From: Octopus bimaculoides
Taxonomy: Eukaryota
Length of the DNA stretch: 38,964 nt
Direction: 5' to 3'
Assembly (NCBI RefSeq): GCF_001194135.2
Contig: NC_068990.1
Coordinates: 66,844,599-66,883,562, forward strand
The translations under genes and the position numbers were made by a program. Shown here piece after piece: positions 31,568-38,964 of the stretch (positions are counted from its first letter, which is position 1; each line of letters starts with the position of its first letter). The notes beneath the pieces are model-generated. The model was not told the DNA's origin and did not search any database. It saw only the letters and a program-made list of their open reading frames with translations.

Positions 31568-32350
31568 GGTGTAGGCGTGGCTGTGATAAGAAGCTAGCTT
31601 CCCAACCACATAGTCCCGAGTTCAGTCGTACTGCGTGGCACCTTGGGCAAGTTTCTTCTACTATAGCCTAGGGTCGACCAAAACTTCGGGAGTGGATCTG
31701 GTAGACGGAAGCTGAAAGAAACCCGTCGTATATATATTCTTTTACTTCTTTCAGTCTTTTGACTGCGGCCATGCTGGAGCACCGTCTTAAAGTGTTTTAG
31801 TCGAGCAAATTGACCCCAGAACTTATTCTTTGTATGCCTAGTACTTATTTTATAGGCCTCTTTTGCTGAACCGTTAAGTTATAGGGACCTAAACACATCA
31901 GCATCGATTGTCAAGAGATAGTGGAGGGGAAAACCCACACACACAAATATATACATATATTTATATACGACAGGCTTCTTTCAGTTTCCGTCAACCAAAT
32001 CCACTCCCAAGGTTTTGGTCGGCACAAAGCTATGGTACAAGACGCTTACTCAAGTTGCCACGCAGTGGGACTGAACCGGAAACCATGTGATTGGGAAGCA
32101 AGCTTTTTACGACACAGCCACACATATATATATGTGAGTGTATGTGTGTGCTTCTTCCGATGTTGGTATATTTATGTACCCGTAACTTAGCAGTTCAGCA
32201 AGAGTGACCGATAGAATAAGAACTAAGCTTACAAGAATAAGTCCTGGGTTAGGGTTATAGTCGAAGAAATGGGGTTCATTTTTTCGACTATAACCCTTAA
32301 GGCTGTGCTCCAACGTGGCCGCAGTCAAATGATTGATGCAAGTAAAAGAA
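31568..32350 (+). mobile_element. SINE family A copy split by a nested antisense family A copy
   Basis: Head and CORE-like segment (ccttgggcaagt) at 31568-31737; tail resumes at about 32123-32350. Confidence 0.8.
31738..32122 (-). mobile_element. SINE family A, full length, nested
   Basis: Complete tail-microsatellite-head order on the minus strand. Confidence 0.9.
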
Positions 32351-32589
32351 TAAAAGAATATAATATGTATATGAGCAAAAACTGAAGCGTCAAGTGATCT
32401 GAAATATTTCTAGAAACGAAGAAAATCTCGAACACACACATTCAATACTTATTTTTGCTCCGTAGTTTTACTCGTTCTTGATGTTCTCTTAATTGGTAGA
32501 GTTGTCCAAGGGAAAAATTATCCGGTGGTAGCTTTCCTAGAACCAGTTTCATCAGTACAATAGACGTATACAATGAATAAAAATTACTA

Positions 32590-33035
32590 TGCTTGTGTGG
32601 TTTAGAAGCTTGCTTTGCAACCATGTGGTTCCGGGATTAGTCCTACTGCGCAGCATCTGAAGCAAGTGTCTTCTACAATAGTCCCAGGCCGAGCAATACC
32701 TGATGAGTGAATTTGGTAGACGGAAACTGTGTGACAGCCCGTCATATTTGTGTGTTTGTGTGTGTGTGTGTGTGTGTATGTGTGTGTGCGTGTATGTATG
32801 TGTGTGAAAGAGAGAAAAGGGATTGTATGTGCTTGTGTTTGCTCCACCACGGTTTGACAACCGTTGCTGGTTTGTCTACGTACCCGCAACGTAGCGGTTC
32901 GGTTAAAGATACCGATATAATTAATACCAGATTTAAATTCGTACTGGGTCGATTTGTTAGAGTGAATCCCTTTAATGCGTTGCTCTAGCATGGCTGCAGT
33001 CCAATGATTGAAGCAAATAAAAAGATAGAAGATAA
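32590..33035 (+). mobile_element. SINE family A, full length, with internal (TG)n
   Basis: gcttgtgtggtttagaagcttgctttgcaaccatgtggttccggg...(TG)n...gctctagcatggctgcagtccaatgattgaagcaaataaaaaga. Confidence 0.9.
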
Positions 33036-33631
33036 AGAAATAAAACATGAATAAACCGATTTGATCTCAGCAAATCTCTACCCTACCTTAACGCAGCTTT
33101 CAATGCTTTTCGACACTACTACATTCGAAATCCTTTTGTAAACTTATCGGAGATCAAACGATGTTAGAGATCTGATATGAAATTAAATATTGTTTCATGT
33201 TTGAGATAAAAACTATACAAAGATTTTTCGGAATTTATAATAAAAGCTTAGGTAATATATTAACAGAAGAACAAATGTATTTTTGATACATGCATGCCAT
33301 CGGTTTGCGGTTTCATTCCTCTGTGTATATTCATAGATGTAGCATGTATGTGCATGGGTGACTCTGCTGCGGTGTGTGTGAGTGTGTGTGTCTGTGTGCG
33401 CAATACTACTTCATTAATATCTGTATTTTTGCTTATTGTTTATAGTGTTATTTTTTACTTGTTAGGTTTTGTTACCGTGTTTGTGGTTAGTTTTACGCTT
33501 TAGCTTTGTATTTGGGTTTTAATAATAAAATGAAATGTTGACAGAAAGACATTCGCTGGAAGCCATCCATTATGATTTTCTATACTTACAAATTCTTCAA
33601 CGTAATTGACTGGATTTATCTGATTACATTT

Positions 33632-33635
<4 letters not shown>

Positions 33636-33696
<61 letters not shown>

Positions 33697-33990
33697 NNNN
33701 NNNNNNNNNNNNNNNNNNNNNNNNNNNNNNNNNNNNNNNNNNNNNNNNNNNNNNNNNNNNNNNNNNNNNNNNNNNNNNNNNNNNNNNNNNNNNNNNNNNN
33801 NNNNNNNNNNNNNNNNNNNNNNNNNNNNNNNNNNNNNNNNNNNNNNNNNNNNNNNNNNNNNNNNNNNNNNNNNNNNNNNNNNNNNNNNNNNNNNNNNNNN
33901 NNNNNNNNNNNNNNNNNNNNNNNNNNNNNNNNNNNNNNNNNNNNNNNNNNNNNNNNNNNNNNNNNNNNNNNNNNNNNNNNNNNNNNNNNN

Positions 33991-34022
<32 letters not shown>
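33636..34022. repeat. (CA)n, gap 33697-33990, (GT)n
   Basis: Direct inspection. Confidence 0.95.
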
Positions 34023-34024
<2 letters not shown>

Positions 34025-34179
34025 ATAACGAGAAAAATCACGATAAAAAAAAAAATTGCAAAACGCTGTTAGACACATTGTGCTGGTTCAATTCCTGATA
34101 GGGTGTCACAGTATTTATCATATACAGGCAACTTTTTATTTGAAACTGCTGTGTTCAGTGGTCGTGATAGTAAATGTAT

Positions 34180-34198
34180 AATAATATATGTATGTATG

Positions 34199-34232
<34 letters not shown>

Positions 34233-34256
34233 TGTATGTATGTATGTATGTATGTG

Positions 34257-34334
<78 letters not shown>

Positions 34335-34485
34335 CATATATATATAAAGATATATACATACATACATATATATTCATGCATACAAATATATATGCATATA
34401 GGTATATGTATGCATGTATGTGTGTATATATACATCTAGCTAACTATATATATATATATGTATATATATACCCACACATATATAC

Positions 34486-34530
<45 letters not shown>

Positions 34531-34573
34531 TACATTATACATACACATATAAATACATATATATATACACATA

Positions 34574-34609
<36 letters not shown>

Positions 34610-34944
34610 TATATGTATATACACGCACACGCGTATAAATAAATAAATCAATAAATAAATAAANNNNNNNNNNNNNNNNNNNNNNNNNNNNNNNNNNNNN
34701 NNNNNNNNNNNNNNNNNNNNNNNNNNNNNNNNNNNNNNNNNNNNNNNNNNNNNNNNNNNNNNNNNNNNNNNNNNNNNNNNNNNNNNNNNNNNNNNNNNNN
34801 NNNNNNNNNNNNNNNNNNNNNNNNNNNNNNNNNNNNNNNNNNNNNNNNNNNNNNNNNNNNNNNNNNNNNNNNNNNNNNNNNNNNNNNNNNNNNNNNNNNN
34901 NNNNNNNNNNNNNNNNNNNNNNNNNNNNNNNNNNNNNNNNNNNN

Positions 34945-34993
<49 letters not shown>

Positions 34994-35050
34994 GGTGGTG
35001 GTGGTGGTGGTTGTGGTGGTGGTGATGATGATGATGATGATGATGATGAC
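34180..35050. repeat. Compound microsatellite field: TATG, TA, TG, TACA, AAAT, gap 34664-34944, TAA, TGG, GAT
   Basis: Direct inspection. Confidence 0.95.
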
Positions 35051-35279
35051 AGCTATGATGATTTTTATTTGCTACAAGGGTGGAGGATGAGGAGGACAGT
35101 ACAAAGAAAAAATATGGGGGTTTACATAAAATGAGAAGATAAAACCTAAATAGAAAGTATACACGGTGTACAACAAAACAAAACAAAGAAGAGAAGTATA
35201 CACAGAATACAACAGTAAAAGCAGAGAAGGAGAAACAAGATGATAGTGATGTGATCAACTTTATGCCGAAAGATTTCTT

Positions 35280-36206
35280 GGGATAATCTAGGAAACACGT
35301 CGTCCAAGATGTTCCGGAACACCAAGAGCAAGTGTCCCCTACAGTTACTTTTCTCCAACTCACAGGCCTATCTATACTTACAGCTGTACCATTCACTCTT
35401 GCCATTTTTGCAAACTTCACTCGTGAGCAACACCTTCCTTTCCACCCTCACTAAGACTTGAAAAAGTCGATGAGGGCTATACCTAAGAGGAAAGTCTCTG
35501 TCGTCATGCCTTTTTGCTTCGTCCACCAGAGAGCTTCATTCGCCACCGCCACCAGACAAAGGAAAACTGCCTTACCTGCCCGATTAAAAGAGGGTGACGA
35601 GGCAATCATCACTATGGACTCAGCCGATAGACGTATCCGTCCCACATGAGACGGCAGCTATTCGACATAACTCCACAGGTCAGCAATGCTCAGACACTGA
35701 ACGGGTGTGTGCAGAACGGTTTCTGCATCTCGGACAAAGCCGTTTCGCAGCGCATTCAAGCTTATAAAGTTGACCGGAAGCGCCCCTCGGTAGTACTGCT
35801 AGGCCAAGGACATTTGGAAATTATCCATAGTACATTCCGACTGGAAAGTCTTCCGGAACAGGGTTTTACTGGGGACGTCGTCGCACTTCCTGTCACTAAT
35901 CCTCTATGTATTGCTAAAGAGGATTATCCACCGATCCCATTTCCCAATTGGTAGAGAGCTGTAAGCGCCTGACGACATTCTAGGTGCCACCGACGCCCAG
36001 TCTTGGGTTATCCTTCACCTCAGACTACAGCTCCAACAAAAGTCGATCTGCGGAAAGACGTGCCTCATAAACATAGCCTACACACGTTCACCGTCCAGAA
36101 ATCATCACTGTTGGAGCAACATGAGTAGGGCAACCTGAGTGTGTGTCTGTGCATCAGAGGCCACGACATGCCTAAGCCGCCACGCAGAGAGTTTTGGAAG
36201 CGGGAA
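35280..36206 (-). mobile_element. L1-clade (Tx1-like) LINE ORF2 C-terminal fragment, pseudogenised
   Basis: Segments FLDGERV, LFRKTFQSECTMDNFQMSLA*QYYRGALPV, ETVLHTPVQCLSIADLWSYVE (zf-RVT-like ETxxHxxxxC..W) and GRIRLSAESIV...VRVERKVL. No EN or RT domains are present. Confidence 0.7.
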
Positions 36207-36329
36207 TTTAGTTTTTAGGTGTGTGTAAGTGTTATATGTTGTTAGAATGATTTGTATGTATGTAGATATGGGGATTGTGTATGTTATAAAATCTGTTTGT
36301 GCGATGTTTGTGTTTTCATGTAGTTAATG

Positions 36330-37620
36330 AATACTGCATTTTTTATGTTTATTGCCATATAGTTCGTAATGGTATTTTCTCTACGTTGCGTTTGGTTTTG
36401 TTGTTGTAGTAGTTGTTGTTGTTGTCTTTGTTACTGCGTATGTGCGTTGGGTTGCGTTTGTTGTGTTGGTCGTTGTGGTGATGTCTGAGATGTTTGTGGC
36501 AGTGATGGTGATATATAGTTTTCTTGGTGTGTTTTTTTTTTATTTGCGGCCTTTATTTTTTCTCTCCACTTTTTGTGCGGATGATGTTTGTTCGTTGTCT
36601 TTTGATGATTTATTTTTCTTTTAGTCTCTTCTCTTTCTTTTAGTCCTGATCATACTTGTTACATGTCATGTCTGACCGTTGATCGGAAAGTGGCTTGTCA
36701 TGTATTGGAGTTGAGAGGTGACTATGGGAATTTCGTGATGCTATGGTGGAAGGGGTACTGGTTTTTCAGCGGCTGTTGTAGTTGGACTTTCTATTGTTTT
36801 TGTTGATGTTGCAGCTCGTGTTGTTGAGGATAATGTTGTTGCTTTTTGAAATGTGGTGGTTGGTGGATTTTTTGGTGCTGGGAGAAGAGAGGATCTTTTC
36901 TTTTTCTCGTCCAATGCTGAACAGAAGGGTCTTATGTGTGTGGTGGAAAGGCAGATGTCACAATTGAACACATTTTCATTCACTCTAATGGGTAGGCTGA
37001 TGCCACCTGAGACATATGTCCGATCTGGGATGGCTTCCACATTTTTTACTGGTTTGGATGAAAAGTTTTATCATCTTCCTAGGAAGATCTCTATTTATTA
37101 GGGTCTGGAAGACTTCGAGAATGTTTGTATTTTCCTCGATGTCTACCACAACTTCAGCAATTAGCCAAAGCTGGTTATCCCTGATGGCATCTGCTGGACG
37201 TGGATTCTTACTAGTCTCTTGCTGCAGTAGTAAAAAATTTTCACATTTCAGGCGGTCTAGAGAGTGAGTTTTGGCCTTCTCTGTTTCAAATCTCACTTCC
37301 TCTATTCTATAACTCCTTACTGTTTAGATATATTCTTTTGGGTTCCAAATGGAACTTAATGCTTTATGGATATTGCACCATTGACTCTTTCCTTGCGTCT
37401 CTACTATAATCAAATAGAACGGTATGTCACTGCGGTGTGCAACTTTTTTTGGATGGAGTCGATCGAAGTGTTGAGTTCGACAGTTTGTCGATCTCGCTCT
37501 GCCAACTGCCTTGCCTTTTTGAGTTCTTCTTCAGAGTCGTTTACTCTTTGAAAAGAGGACTCGGTGGCAGTAGCGAAAGAGAGAGTGGTGTTTGTAATTG
37601 CTGTTGTACTAGCTTATTGG
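36330..37620 (-). mobile_element. LINE ORF1 (gag-like) remnant with a CCHC zinc knuckle
   Basis: CDICLSTTHIRPFC (C-X2-C-X4-H-X4-C) at 36921-36962, a Thr/Lys-rich low-complexity C-terminus and an upstream charged helix DSEEELKKARQLAERDRQTVE. Multiple stops and frameshifts. Confidence 0.65.
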
Positions 37621-37699
37621 ACTGTTTTCTCGCTACGTAAATTCTGTCAACAAGACCATGGAGAGCTATGATATCCAATTTTGAAATTTATACTACAGT

Positions 37700-38130
37700 G
37701 CAATTTATGCTATTGTTCGAGCTTTTCAACGAGTGGCAGACAGGCATGATTGTGGGATCTGTGTGGCTCGCAATTCTGCTCGCATGACACTCGTTGCTTT
37801 GGACATAGGTACGCCCGAATACCCCAATAGACATTTGGTGGGGCAAGTTGAGATTTGAATAATGCAACATCCGCAGACGTATGATCATTTAAACGTCTGT
37901 AGATTACTGCTGTGATCTTCCCAAAAATCCTACCCTGCTAGTGCTTCCAATATTCGCATTCTACCTCTCTTCCATCAGTATATTTTTTGGTCAATCTTAC
38001 TCAAGTCAAGTTAATTTAGTTCGTAATCTCGGTTCTACGTAAAACTGGGAGAGTTCATGGAAAAAGACTTTCTTCTAGTGTCGTAAACATCTGGTTGTAC
38101 GTACCTACATTTATCTTTCCTTTCGTGACG
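37700..38130 (-). mobile_element. Degraded R4/Dong-like (RLE-type) LINE C-terminal region
   Basis: WKH*QGRIFGK...DHTSADVAL and VYWGIRAYLCPKQRVSCEQNCEP resemble the WKxKxxHG and pre-endonuclease YWxIxxxY...WEQN.EP segments as I recall them. Confidence 0.35.
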
Positions 38131-38964
38131 GTCCGACACTTCTCTTTCGGCTACCCCATTCTCGCAAAAAGAGAGGTGTCACTACTACGAGGTTGGGATT
38201 TGGCCTGGTCATCTGGAAACAAATGACGAGGTAATTTTCTCTTCTATTTCCAGAATTTCGACAAACAACGATGTTGAAAAAGTAGCCTCAAGGATCAGAT
38301 GTAGCTGTTTCTGGTTCTGCTGCTGCTCTTTCTGTACTTTCCTGGTTTCTTCTTTCAAGCAGGATTCACTTGAGAGCTTGTGTCCTCGAATGGATCATAT
38401 TGTCGCATGTGATTATATTTGGGTTTTCTGCTCTTTACAGCCGATTTCCGTTGTTTTTGTATCTATGAAGGAGCCCAGCTACAAAATGACCCTATTTTAA
38501 GTGGAATGGTGTCTTTAGAACTTGTAATACATGCTAAAACCCATTCCAATTACATGTAATTCACTCACGAACCAGTGTTCAAATCACTACCGATTCTTCA
38601 GACTATTTCTCTTATATTCCGCTAGCACATATGTGTTTCAGGTGAAGTTAACAATGTTTGTTAGTCGCTTTACCTCACCCTTCATCTTGCATACAGGGAA
38701 GATACTTCCGTTTAATCTCCCTCCCGCCTTCAATGGACACCATGCATGTCTATACATTACTTTCAGTTACTCTTCTGATGATACACAAACATACAATGGA
38801 ACCTTAGATGTACGATTTACAAACGCAAATGGGAAAGGACGAAGAGCCTATACAAAGAGGAAAGGGAGGGTGAAAGACGCTTTACAACATTTTATGAAAT
38901 TCCTTCTTTTCCGTCCTTATCGGTTAAGAAACATGCTATTTTTCCCTTGTTCTTTGCTACTTTC

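Noticed and set aside
32696-32740. CTGATGA-gt...ac-g-GAAAC in a SINE A copy
   Set aside because: It arises from point changes in the SINE body (other copies read ttgtgagtggatttggtagacggaaac), and there is no stem I.
1-38964. CRISPR arrays, prokaryotic operons, rRNA genes
   Set aside because: None seen. The regular repeats are microsatellites or SINEs and the window is clearly eukaryotic.

Overview
This is AT-rich, repeat-dominated metazoan genomic DNA from a gapped short-read assembly. It has nine N-gaps; the seven long ones abut microsatellites. The SINE, Tc1 and LINE repertoire looks like Octopus (cephalopod), which is an inference from recalled repeat families and not a database match. 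Most six-frame ORFs are microsatellite or gap artefacts. Supported features: (i) one likely host coding exon at 6247-6650 (+), matching polycystin-1-like TM4-TM5 and ending in a stop; (ii) two fused, degraded Mab-21/cGAS-like C-terminal fragments at 6741-7310 (-); (iii) a near full-length dead mariner with TIRs and a 5' Tc1/mariner fragment; (iv) RTE, L1/Tx1-like and R4/Dong-like LINE remnants; (v) about 30 tRNA-derived SINE copies, including nested and tandem ones; (vi) a tRNA-Asn pseudogene. The most interesting signal is a set of sequence-unrelated type I hammerhead ribozyme folds in non-coding repeats, at 1259-1324, 3103-3158, 9170-9209 and 15622-15665, plus eroded ones. The last lies inside a TSD-flanked insertion of about 457 bp, with a 352-bp unit and a terminal inversion, resembling a Penelope-mobilised retrozyme. 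Coordinates of degenerate repeats are approximate.
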